Positions 1 to 8,969 of a DNA stretch of 64,000 nucleotides are shown here, one piece after another. The notes beneath the pieces were generated by a model that was given only the letters and a program-made list of their open reading frames with translations, was not told the origin of the DNA and did no database searches. Made by a program: the position numbers and the translations under genes. This DNA is from an uncultured Saccharospirillaceae bacterium (GTDB lineage Bacteria; Bacteroidota; Bacteroidia; Flavobacteriales_D; CAJJDF01), in assembly GCA_950054195.1 (NCBI GenBank), contig CATLPG010000002.1, positions 87,356 through 151,355 on the forward strand, in the 5' to 3' direction. Position 1 is the stretch's first letter. Each line of letters starts with the position of its first letter.

Positions 1-3000
1 TAATCTGCTCCATTAAGCTCAAACAATCCTTTGTTTACTGCATCTTGTAGAGATGTAGAGGTTCTTAGCAACACATCAAAATCTTCACTACTTATCCCGC
101 TATCGTTCTCCACCTCAAACGTGATACAATTTTCATAATTACAATATTCTGGATGGTATATAACCAATGATTGTGCCCATGAAGGTTCAAAGCTTTCAAT
201 AAAATCATCTACATGTGCCAGTTTATCTGGGTAGGTGTAATAAATCCCTAAGGTTTGATCATAGTGGATGTCATTTGTAGTAGATAATACTTCGGGGGTA
301 GCTGTTATATTTGCACCTACACCAATAATGGTCAAAAATACCTTAGCACTATCTCCATTTTCATCTAAGTAATAATCATAGGTTGTGCCATCAATTGTTG
401 CACTTGGATTTTGCCAGTTAACAGTTGGAGTGTTAGATGAATTATATGGTAATATGTTATTACTATTATAAACAGATAACTGATAGGAACTTACATTTAA
501 CGTTCCATTCACCAAGTATTTACCATACTGTCCACCAGGCATCATGTCACCAGCCAATAGTTTAAACATAGTTTCACAAAAGGTTGGTTCTGTACAGGGT
601 GCATTACATTGTTTTAGTAATTCATTATAGTCTTCAACAGTTCCTCTGCCTTCAGAAACAAAATCATCTAATTCTCCCAAATTTTCTACGCACTCATCAC
701 AAGACACATCACATCCACTTAAATCAAGATTGGCTAGTGCTTCAGCTTTAAATGCTCCTAGTGAATCAATACACTCTCCATTGATAGCAGAATCAAGATA
801 TGTTTGAAAAGCACTTGCTATTACTTGGCTATTTAATGTAAGAGTTTTGTTAATGGTATAATTACCAGCAGCTAACTCAGCTGTAAATAAAATGGAATCA
901 TTGTACGTACCACTATCACAAGAAGTTGTAAATATTATTTGTCCGCCACTAGTATCAAAATACCCCTGAGGGATAATGTATTCCACAGTATCTCCATTGG
1001 TATCTACGACTAAAGCTCCACATTCATCCGTTAAAGTAAAACGTAAATCATACACACAATTAAAACAAATAGAAGGTGTGCAACTATCTGAATATGGATC
1101 ATTCTCCAAATTATAGTTAAACGTATACAGTCCTTCTGAAGATATTAATAACTCTTGAGAGAAATCGATACTATTTCCCCCAACAGAACGAGTATTGTTT
1201 CTACTTGTTCCATTTGGATCCTTTTCGAAGAGATCAGCAGTTAAATCTGTTCCCCCTGCACTCTTAAGCTTTTTAAGGGATTCTATTTCACTTAAGTTAG
1301 AGGGAGCCTCTCCAGCCAAAGCAGTAGCAATTGTTCGTCCCTCTTGGTCAAGATAAGTTACATTAATTTGACCATTTGGATCTATTACTACATTCTTTTT
1401 ATAGTGAGCTGCATACCCTACTTCTGATCCAAATAATCGATCAAGATTAATTTGAAGTGCTTTTCCATAATAATACTTTGATTCATGACCAGAACCTAAT
1501 TGAAAGTCTTCTCCAACTCCTGATTGCCTTCTAATTCTCCCCGTATTATCTGGTGTATATTCCACTTGAGTATATGGATAACCATTGGCTTCTGGCACAT
1601 AGGCTTGATGAGCTTCTTTGTTTGGATTATTTTGAGAATAATAGAGACTAGCACCTGTATCTACACTCATTGGTTCATGAGGCGTTTGACAAGCAGATGT
1701 ATCTAAATCAAAATTATCTTTTGAATATCCTTCTCCTGTGGTGTCCTGATTAAAATTGGTGTAATACTTAATAGAAGCTTTTGATGTATCACTTATTCCT
1801 GTGGAACAATGAGGACGTATCACTGGTACAGGTAACACATTGATTGCTGGTCTACCTTGATGATCATAAATGGTTTGTCCTACAATTACATTGTTATCCG
1901 TGTTAACAACAGTAACACTTTGTCTGTTTCTTAAGCTACCATCGTAATAGCTAATCACTTCTTTTTTCTTTCCTTCTTCTGCAAATGTGGTTGTTAATTG
2001 CCAGTTTTTATTGACTTCGTGTGGGGATAGATTTTTTAGGTAAGCATTAGAATTATTAATCAAAAAGGTATCCAAGGCTCCTGCATCAGTTGTTTCTGAC
2101 CAGTAACCGAAAATAGGTTGTGTTGGATCCGTAGTAGGATCATACCCTACTCCTCTTACTCTCCAAATAATGTATCCATTTTCGAATACCAAAGGAATAT
2201 CGTAATAGTTATTTACGGTACTTATACGTGTACTGTTATTTCTAAAGTTATAATCTAATAATGTGGAATCTAATTGTCCAAAATCATGTGCATGTGTAAG
2301 GGTATCTCCATCATAGTTATTGATGAATGTCCACTCCAATTGATACTCTGCTGCTTCTGGAGTAGTATTCCAGCTGATTCTTATTCCATCATAGGCATTA
2401 GCAGGGTCACAATCTAAATCGAGGAAAGCTGGTGTATTGAATGTCATTAGGTTTGTTGCTACCGTATGAAAGTTTCCTATACGATTAACTATGATATCTC
2501 CATCAACAAATACATTGTTTGGTAGGGTGTCGATAATAGCTGTTGAGCCATTGATTGTTTGTCTGATCTCCGTGATTTCAAAATCAATGCTATCGTTTCC
2601 TAAAAAGCGGTAGATATCTTTATCTTGGTAAGATAATCCTGTAAAAGGATCATAAGAAATAGCTAACGTTTCGGTAAAAACTGCACCTGGTGTTCCTGAT
2701 ATATATGGACTAATTTCAACATCTACTTCTAAGATGTAAGCTTCAATCGAATAATCTGTTAAGGTGATATCATGATCTATTCCTAATGTGATAAAATTTC
2801 GAATGTTTAAATCGGTGTACGAACCTGCTCCAGATTCTACATAAACATTAGCTACAGCTTCGGCATTACCAACAATAATTTCTGTGCTACTTTTGCCGTA
2901 GCTGATTCTATTATGAAAGGTAAGATCACCTGAAAACCCTTGTTGACAGATGAATAATCCTAAAATCAATAGGAAAATGGTTTGACTAGTTAAATACCTC

Positions 3001-3002
3001 AT
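1..3002 (-). CDS. Large secreted YD/RHS-associated protein with a DUF6443-like region (first ~1000 codons; continues past the left edge)
   Basis: The minus-strand frame appears open from ~3002 to base 1 (segments translated by hand; no competing minus-strand ORF in the track), and it is missing from the ORF track because it has no stop in the window. My translation begins MRYLTSQTIFLLILGLFIC (signal peptide). It contains EVISYYDGSLRNRQSVTVVNTDNNVIVGQTIYDHQGRPAINVLPVP and YPYTQVEYTPDNTGRIRRQSGVGEDFQLGSGHESKYYYG, which match my recollection of DUF6443 (not searched), the domain that precedes RHS/YD repeats. Start base is uncertain by +/-1. Confidence 0.6.
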   Translation of the reverse strand, partial: MRYLTSQTIFLLILGLFICQQGFSGDLTFHNRISYGKSSTEIIVGNAEAVANVYVESGAGSYTDLNIRNFITLGIDHDITLTDYSIEAYILEVDVEISPYISGTPGAVFTETLAISYDPFTGLSYQDKDIYRFLGNDSIDFEITEIRQTINGSTAIIDTLPNNVFVDGDIIVNRIGNFHTVATNLMTFNTPAFLDLDCDPANAYDGIRISWNTTPEAAEYQLEWTFINNYDGDTLTHAHDFGQLDSTLLDYNFRNNSTRISTVNNYYDIPLVFENGYIIWRVRGVGYDPTTDPTQPIFGYWSETTDAGALDTFLINNSNAYLKNLSPHEVNKNWQLTTTFAEEGKKKEVISYYDGSLRNRQSVTVVNTDNNVIVGQTIYDHQGRPAINVLPVPVIRPHCSTGISDTSKASIKYYTNFNQDTTGEGYSKDNFDLDTSACQTPHEPMSVDTGASLYYSQNNPNKEAHQAYVPEANGYPYTQVEYTPDNTGRIRRQSGVGEDFQLGSGHESKYYYGKALQINLDRLFGSEVGYAAHYKKNVVIDPNGQINVTYLDQEGRTIATALAGEAPSNLSEIESLKKLKSAGGTDLTADLFEKDPNGTSRNNTRSVGGNSIDFSQELLISSEGLYTFNYNLENDPYSDSCTPSICFNCVYDLRFTLTDECGALVVDTNGDTVEYIIPQGYFDTSGGQIIFTTSCDSGTYNDSILFTAELAAGNYTINKTLTLNSQVIASAFQTYLDSAINGECIDSLGAFKAEALANLDLSGCDVSCDECVENLGELDDFVSEGRGTVEDYNELLKQCNAPCTEPTFCETMFKLLAGDMMPGGQYGKYLVNGTLNVSSYQLSVYNSNNILPYNSSNTPTVNWQNPSATIDGTTYDYYLDENGDSAKVFLTIIGVGANITATPEVLSTTNDIHYDQTLGIYYTYPDKLAHVDDFIESFEPSWAQSLVIYHPEYCNYENCITFEVENDSGISSEDFDVLLRTSTSLQDAVNKGLFELNGAD

Positions 3003-3009
3003 TATGGTG

Positions 3010-3756
3010 TTAGTTTTTAGGTCTAAAATCGATTAATTCAAATGACTGATATTTTCCTTTTAAGGAAACATCTCCTGTGGTGGAAGTAATTATTTCGTTG
3101 AGAGAAATGGTTGGATAATCTGCTTTTTTCCTGTAATTGGAATAGGCAACTTTTATACTTACGTTAACTCGTTTTAAGTTTCCATTAGCATCTTCATACT
3201 CTCTTGGCTCTCTATAAGTAATCCAATTTGTTTTTAGCTGCTTATTTTTATCTACTAGCAATTTTGATTTACTAACTGGACAATAATCGTTGTAAGTAAT
3301 TTCAATAAATGTTCCTTCTGAATCATTCCTCTTTTTAATAGAAGTGATTAGCTTTTTAAATTGGTTAAATTGATCGGCTACTATATTTTCAGAAGCTTCA
3401 TTGTTTCCATAGAAAATGGCTACTTTTTTGTTATCTGAATCAACTGAAAGCTTTATTTCCTTTGTGGTTATTGTTTGAATCCCTTGTATTTTTGAAAAAA
3501 TAACTTCATCTCTTTTTTGGATGTAGCCTTTGATGGTTTCATAAGGAACTAAGTTTTCTGTTCCTGTGTAAGAAGTATAAGAAAGATCTACTGCATACTC
3601 TTTGTTGTTATAGAAATCTCCCCACTTTTTGGCTTCATTTTCATACTGCTCAAGGGTTATTTCTTTATACTGACTTACCCCTTGAAAGGATAAAAAAAGA
3701 CTGATGATATAAACAGTAAGTTTCATAGGAAAAGATATTGGTTTGTTATTTAGCAC
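3010..3756 (-). CDS. Secreted hypothetical protein, operon member
   Basis: 248-aa ORF. An internal Met at 3726 gives MKLTVYIISLFLSFQGVSQ, a signal peptide. Lies 7 nt from the downstream YD-associated gene. I recognise no family. Confidence 0.6.
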   Translation of the reverse strand: MLNNKPISFPMKLTVYIISLFLSFQGVSQYKEITLEQYENEAKKWGDFYNNKEYAVDLSYTSYTGTENLVPYETIKGYIQKRDEVIFSKIQGIQTITTKEIKLSVDSDNKKVAIFYGNNEASENIVADQFNQFKKLITSIKKRNDSEGTFIEITYNDYCPVSKSKLLVDKNKQLKTNWITYREPREYEDANGNLKRVNVSIKVAYSNYRKKADYPTISLNEIITSTTGDVSLKGKYQSFELIDFRPKN

Positions 3757-4777
3757 TGTTTGATTTGGTTTCTTGGATAGTCATTACCCCTTTTTCGGTT
3801 TCTTTTTTGAGTCGTTTGAGCTTTCCTTCTTCATCGTACTCATAAAAAGTGGCAAAATGACGTTCATCGAGCTCCGCAGATAATCGCATGTTTACGGGGT
3901 CATACACATAGGATTTCATGCTCGCATTAAATGGGAAAAACCGCACATCATCGAAGTATACATCGCCTGAGGTGCTTTCCAGTAATACTTGAATATTGGT
4001 TGCATTGGTAGGGAGGGTAAACTCCTCCTCTATGCGTTGCCAACCATCTATGATTTGACCTGATGGATTAAATGGCCCAAACGTTGCTGTTCCTGAACCG
4101 GTATCACAAACAATCGATAACTCTGGTTTTGTATAAGTTGTTGTAGTTGGTAAAGCTCCAGATTCTTTTGCCCAAGCACTTACTAAGTATTTCTCTCCCT
4201 GAATAGGTGCAAATGAACCTATACAGGTTTCGCAAGGTAAAACGGTGTCTAGTTTGCAGATAGCGTCTCTAGTGAAATTAATTCCGACAGATGCACAGAA
4301 GCTAGTATCTTGATTATAAATATAACTACCTCCAATTGTTACAAAATATCTACCTAATACATTCGGAAAATCAACAATAACACCAGCTCCACTTATTTGA
4401 TTTTCTAAAGGTATATCAGTAGCGGAATTAAAATTAATCTGGTTCTCAGAACTTGCTGACGCATACACAGTATCTAAATAATTTGAATTAAAATCTAATG
4501 GCCCTATCATTCGCAACTCCATTTGCCCAATTTGTGCAGCTGGAATAGGTCCTAAACTTAATGTTACTGAATTACCAGTATCTAATATATCAAAGGTATA
4601 ATGCCTTAATATAGAAGGATCTGTTTGAGCCAATGGACATTCACAAGGGTAATACCTTTCATCTTCACATATGTGGATAGCATCTTCCCAAGAAGAATGA
4701 GAGCATTGATCATTTATGCTTTGTCCAATCAAGGAAAGAGAAATAAAAACAAGAGGAATTAAAATGATTCTTTTCAT
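3746..4777 (-). CDS. Secreted protein with Cys-rich N-terminus, jelly-roll/CBM-like middle and two C-terminal YD repeats
   Basis: Signal peptide MKRIILIPLVFISLSLIGQ. Middle segment GEKYLVSAWAKES...IQVLLESTSGDVYFDDVRFFP. C-terminal SYVYDPVNMRLSAELDERHFATFYEYDEEGKLKRLKKETEKG fits the YD-repeat pattern. Confidence 0.65.
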   Translation of the reverse strand: MKRIILIPLVFISLSLIGQSINDQCSHSSWEDAIHICEDERYYPCECPLAQTDPSILRHYTFDILDTGNSVTLSLGPIPAAQIGQMELRMIGPLDFNSNYLDTVYASASSENQINFNSATDIPLENQISGAGVIVDFPNVLGRYFVTIGGSYIYNQDTSFCASVGINFTRDAICKLDTVLPCETCIGSFAPIQGEKYLVSAWAKESGALPTTTTYTKPELSIVCDTGSGTATFGPFNPSGQIIDGWQRIEEEFTLPTNATNIQVLLESTSGDVYFDDVRFFPFNASMKSYVYDPVNMRLSAELDERHFATFYEYDEEGKLKRLKKETEKGVMTIQETKSNSAK

Positions 4778-4778
4778 A

Positions 4779-7700
4779 TTATTTAAGTTTTATAAAGTCA
4801 AAATTGCTTGTTAAATCACTTGATTTTACCTGATAAGAGGTAAGACAATTGTTTTTATCTTTCCACGTAAACATTAAGTTAAATACACTACTTGTTCTTA
4901 GTCTTACCTTTCCTGTAGTATATAGCTTAAAAGAGTCCGGAATATTACCAGAAATTAAATCGAAATCGACCATTACTGAAGACTCAAAATCAACTGGAAT
5001 AATGTTAATAAGATCAGCATCTTGACTATAGGTAGCACTTAACTCACAAGCATTAGGATCACACCAATCAAGGTCTCTTGTTAGTGTTGCTGGTGTTGAT
5101 GGTGTTACTTTTACACTATACACTCCGGTATGTGAGTTATCTGCATCTCTGGTTAACCCAGATTGGTCAAATTTAAAGTGGTTATCTGCACACTCAGAGA
5201 AGTCATCATCCTCAAAACTGGAGAAGCCTATTTCACGTATGCGCGCATTTGCTACTACAGCTTTTGTTAGTGTTTGGTTAAATCCAAAAGTTGCTGCAGA
5301 ATACCTACCTAAAGCATCTTGGTTTTCTAGTTCTTGTCCGTATGAATTAAATTCTGTTACTGAAGAGGTAAATGTCCAGTCTTCTGGATGTACTTCCCAT
5401 TGTCCACTCATTAGATTGTAATACGGTCTGTACCTTTCAAATACCCCATCTTTACGAATGTTTGTATTGTCGTTTTTATCGCTTTGTACACGGTCACTTA
5501 ATGGTAAATACGAGCGAATAGGTCGCCAATTTCCTTTTTCTCCTAATACATAAGGATTATAGGTAATGTTATCTCCTTCTTCATCTGTAAAACAGTCGCA
5601 ATAAGTTCTCCATTGATCAGAAAATTCAATTGCCGAAGCTTGTACCACGTTTTCATATAGGTTTGTGCTAAATGAATTTAATGGATTTGTTAGCGTAGTA
5701 ATGCTAGCCATGTTTTGCATTTGCATGTTTCTACGACCTGATCGAACAATTTCAAAAGTTGTAATACCATTGGTAGGAATGCTTCCATCAAATAATTGGA
5801 AATCTACTTCTCCATTTTCTTTTGAAACTACCCACGCTTTGGTATACTGCCCAGAGAAAAATGATTTTAATAGCACTTCATCTCCTTCGGTAAAGTACTG
5901 ACTATAATCAGTAGTTGATCCATTATTAAGGGATACAACGCCTGTTAAACCAATGTTTTGATAGGCAGGTCCCATTTGATCATAATGCCAGTAGGCAGGA
6001 TAATTTAGGGTATAAATCTTATCATCAAAGTTTGTTGTAGTTTCGGTGAGTAATACTTCTCCTGTTTCAGCATCATAGGCAAGATTTTTTGTTTCAACTA
6101 CTGAACCTAAATCCTTGGCTACGGTTCTATCCAACACCCCAAAACGATTAATTACTTTTGTAAACCCTGCACTTCTAAAACGTGTACGCTGTTGCTTGTA
6201 GGATGGCCAAACGGTTGGTACCGCTACAGGTATTATTCCGAGAACAAAAGCATCAACATTTAACTGCGCTGAAGGCATGACTGTTCTATTTTTAGATTCT
6301 CTAAAATCAGCAACTGCATCAAAGGTTAGTCCTATATCACGCTGACTTATTGTCCCATTTTGGTAAACAACTGATACGCGATTCGACAATCTTCTTGTGT
6401 TGGCATCCATATGCTTTGTTTCATCCTTTAATGCATTTTTCCTAACCGCATAAGAAACATCTTTATAGAAGTAATTTACCTCTGTGATTGGACTTATATT
6501 ACCCTCTTGATATACCCGCTGTGCCTTAGGCTTTCCATGCATATCATTTAATTCCACCACAAATCCTTGAGAAGCTGCAAAGAAATCACGATCATCGAAA
6601 TTTACTCCTAGTATGCTTAGAACCGATATTGGATCATTTTTACTTCGTTTATGATCCATCTCTGTCATTCGAGTAATTGTTGGATAATCCTTACAGGTAT
6701 AAAACTCATGAACTACTTTTCCTGTTGCATGTCGTTTTACATTAGCTCGTTGAAGATTTTTAACGGTAACCTTACTATATCCTACTGAAGCAGAAGGGAA
6801 AAAGGACTCTCCAAAAGGTTCTTCTTGGTAAAACTGCTCGTTTGGTGCTAAGAAGTTTCCTTTTTCATAGAAATAAACTTGTTTAAAAGGGTTTTCATCC
6901 CCTCCAATTTGTGGTTCGTAAGATGCTACTCCTGAACTTCTTGTTTTCTCAACTCCATTTTCTATGTATGTATCTGTGTAATCATATTCTTGTCCATAAT
7001 CAAATTCACTTTCCTCACCATCGGTCATTGCATTCCAATTATCTAACATCTTAACTTTTTTCACACGTACTCCACCTCCTAGTTTTGCATTTGCAACCGT
7101 GTTTAATCGAATAAAGGATTTATTTACAACAAGTTTTGAACCTCTTTCTTTTTTAAGCATTGACCTATTTGGACTTCTAAACTTATCAGCAAAATTGGAA
7201 GCAAATGTTTTATACAAATCTGCAAGAAGTTGCTTTCCGAAAGAATTGTCATCATCATCAAACATGGGAGAGTCCCAAGCAATACGGGATAAATTTAATC
7301 GTGCGAATTGTGCCGCTGCAACTGCCACAGGAGAAAAATCTCCCGTTTTACTTGGATCAGCAACATCAACAGTTTTAAAGTCGATATATCCAACTTCTCC
7401 TCCTAAGGTTGGTTTATTTACTTTACCGATTTTATCAACCTCTGCATAACCGGGTACATAGTCGTAAGCTCCTGTTGTTTGAGCAAACTTCATTAAAGCT
7501 TTGAAATAAATGAATTGCTGTCCGTTAATATAATCACTCATTGGTCCTGAATGATTAGGGTCCATCTCAAAATATAGTCGGTTATTTTTGGTAAAAGTCA
7601 AACCTGATTCCTCTACTAAATTAGACGCACCATAAGTGTCAGGTGTCTGAACTACATCGCTTGTATTTCCAACCCCAACGATTTTGAACATTTGCATGGC

Positions 7701-8969
7701 TTCTCGGTTCTGCACAAATGAATAATCATCAGATTCATATTCAACATTTATTTTTCCTCCAGAGGGTAATTGAATAGCCGTTAATGTCCATGCTGCACTG
7801 TATACATCAGCAGAATCTTTGTTCTGTGTAGTATAAGGATATTCCATCGAGCCAAGAGCCGAGTTAATGTTACAGCTGATTTCGCCTAAATTAGGTTGAT
7901 AAGTTCCCCAACGATCATACGCTTTAAGGTTATAATCTCTATTTATACCCTCGTAGTCAAAAATGTAAGGGCTTAATTGTCCTTTTTTAGAACCTCGATA
8001 GGTAAAATAAACTTTTTCTAAGGTGAGCTTACCTCCATTTGAAGCGTTATTAGTAATTCCTTGACACAGTTCCTCACTTTGTTTATAAGCAAAATGTACT
8101 TGCTTTAATGGTGTTGCATTTGTACCGTTGGCATCATAATCTGGCTTAGAATAAAGTGTTATTTTATCCAACTTTTTCATGTAGGCTCCATTGGATATTC
8201 CTCCATTTTCGTCATTTACTCCTCTTCCATCGTTTCTATTGGATGTTTCAAAAATGGCAATGAAATTTTTTGTTTCAATGGTATCTAAATACCATAACTC
8301 TTTTTGACCATAAACATAACTTGCTTTATCATCCGTAGGATCAGAATTTAACCCTGGTTGATACGATGCTGTATTTTCTTCCACAGGTGTACGCCATTTA
8401 TAGTCCCCTGTTACTTTTGAATAATGGAATTTTGTATAAGTTCCTAAGTCATTTTCACTTGGTCCATTATCATCTAAATCAACATAATCTGGACTAACTA
8501 CTGATGTCAATAAAAAAGAGTGAGCATAACTTGGTGTTATTTTTTTCTGATAATAATTATCCAGTCCCCAATCGTTGTTTTTCGTGTTATCCTCATCAGG
8601 TGTATATTCTATTAACCCTGTACTACAATCTGGATCATTGGTATATTCATCTCCATTTAATAAATGTCCTACAGAAAATGTTACTTCTTCTTGAGTGATA
8701 TTGTATGCTGGAATTCCATAAACATAGCGCATCCCATCGGTTCCTAGTGAAACAATTTCACCTATGTGATGGTTAGGGGCAACAGATGCACGAGAATTAG
8801 ATGGATAAGCAGCTGAGCCATTGAAACCCATACCTTGTTTTACTTGCCCTACCGTTTTGGTTGTTATAATATTATTTCTTTTATCTCTATCTGCTCTTGT
8901 TAGGTTGTTAATACTTCTTGTTGATCCATCTTCGATCTCTAAACGATCATCAAGCTTGGAGGCGAACAA
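4779..8969 (-). CDS. Giant TcB/SpvB-family-like protein, C-terminal 1396-aa part (probably continuous with the 519-aa ORF upstream)
   Basis: Has only a TTG start, no signal peptide, and a 31-nt overlap with the upstream ORF. Segments WYLDTIETKNFIAIFETSNRNDGRGV...LDKITLYSK...GGKLTLEKVYFTYRG resemble the region following the SpvB domain in Tc toxin B components. The rest is unrecognised. Confidence 0.6.
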   Translation of the reverse strand: MFASKLDDRLEIEDGSTRSINNLTRADRDKRNNIITTKTVGQVKQGMGFNGSAAYPSNSRASVAPNHHIGEIVSLGTDGMRYVYGIPAYNITQEEVTFSVGHLLNGDEYTNDPDCSTGLIEYTPDEDNTKNNDWGLDNYYQKKITPSYAHSFLLTSVVSPDYVDLDDNGPSENDLGTYTKFHYSKVTGDYKWRTPVEENTASYQPGLNSDPTDDKASYVYGQKELWYLDTIETKNFIAIFETSNRNDGRGVNDENGGISNGAYMKKLDKITLYSKPDYDANGTNATPLKQVHFAYKQSEELCQGITNNASNGGKLTLEKVYFTYRGSKKGQLSPYIFDYEGINRDYNLKAYDRWGTYQPNLGEISCNINSALGSMEYPYTTQNKDSADVYSAAWTLTAIQLPSGGKINVEYESDDYSFVQNREAMQMFKIVGVGNTSDVVQTPDTYGASNLVEESGLTFTKNNRLYFEMDPNHSGPMSDYINGQQFIYFKALMKFAQTTGAYDYVPGYAEVDKIGKVNKPTLGGEVGYIDFKTVDVADPSKTGDFSPVAVAAAQFARLNLSRIAWDSPMFDDDDNSFGKQLLADLYKTFASNFADKFRSPNRSMLKKERGSKLVVNKSFIRLNTVANAKLGGGVRVKKVKMLDNWNAMTDGEESEFDYGQEYDYTDTYIENGVEKTRSSGVASYEPQIGGDENPFKQVYFYEKGNFLAPNEQFYQEEPFGESFFPSASVGYSKVTVKNLQRANVKRHATGKVVHEFYTCKDYPTITRMTEMDHKRSKNDPISVLSILGVNFDDRDFFAASQGFVVELNDMHGKPKAQRVYQEGNISPITEVNYFYKDVSYAVRKNALKDETKHMDANTRRLSNRVSVVYQNGTISQRDIGLTFDAVADFRESKNRTVMPSAQLNVDAFVLGIIPVAVPTVWPSYKQQRTRFRSAGFTKVINRFGVLDRTVAKDLGSVVETKNLAYDAETGEVLLTETTTNFDDKIYTLNYPAYWHYDQMGPAYQNIGLTGVVSLNNGSTTDYSQYFTEGDEVLLKSFFSGQYTKAWVVSKENGEVDFQLFDGSIPTNGITTFEIVRSGRRNMQMQNMASITTLTNPLNSFSTNLYENVVQASAIEFSDQWRTYCDCFTDEEGDNITYNPYVLGEKGNWRPIRSYLPLSDRVQSDKNDNTNIRKDGVFERYRPYYNLMSGQWEVHPEDWTFTSSVTEFNSYGQELENQDALGRYSAATFGFNQTLTKAVVANARIREIGFSSFEDDDFSECADNHFKFDQSGLTRDADNSHTGVYSVKVTPSTPATLTRDLDWCDPNACELSATYSQDADLINIIPVDFESSVMVDFDLISGNIPDSFKLYTTGKVRLRTSSVFNLMFTWKDKNNCLTSYQVKSSDLTSNFDFIKLK

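Noticed and set aside
1524-1706. 60-aa plus-strand ORF inside the edge YD-associated gene, with similar small plus-strand ORFs inside the 1396-aa and hsdR genes
   Set aside because: They are short and hydrophobic/low-complexity. They are fully nested antisense to long ORFs that carry family motifs.
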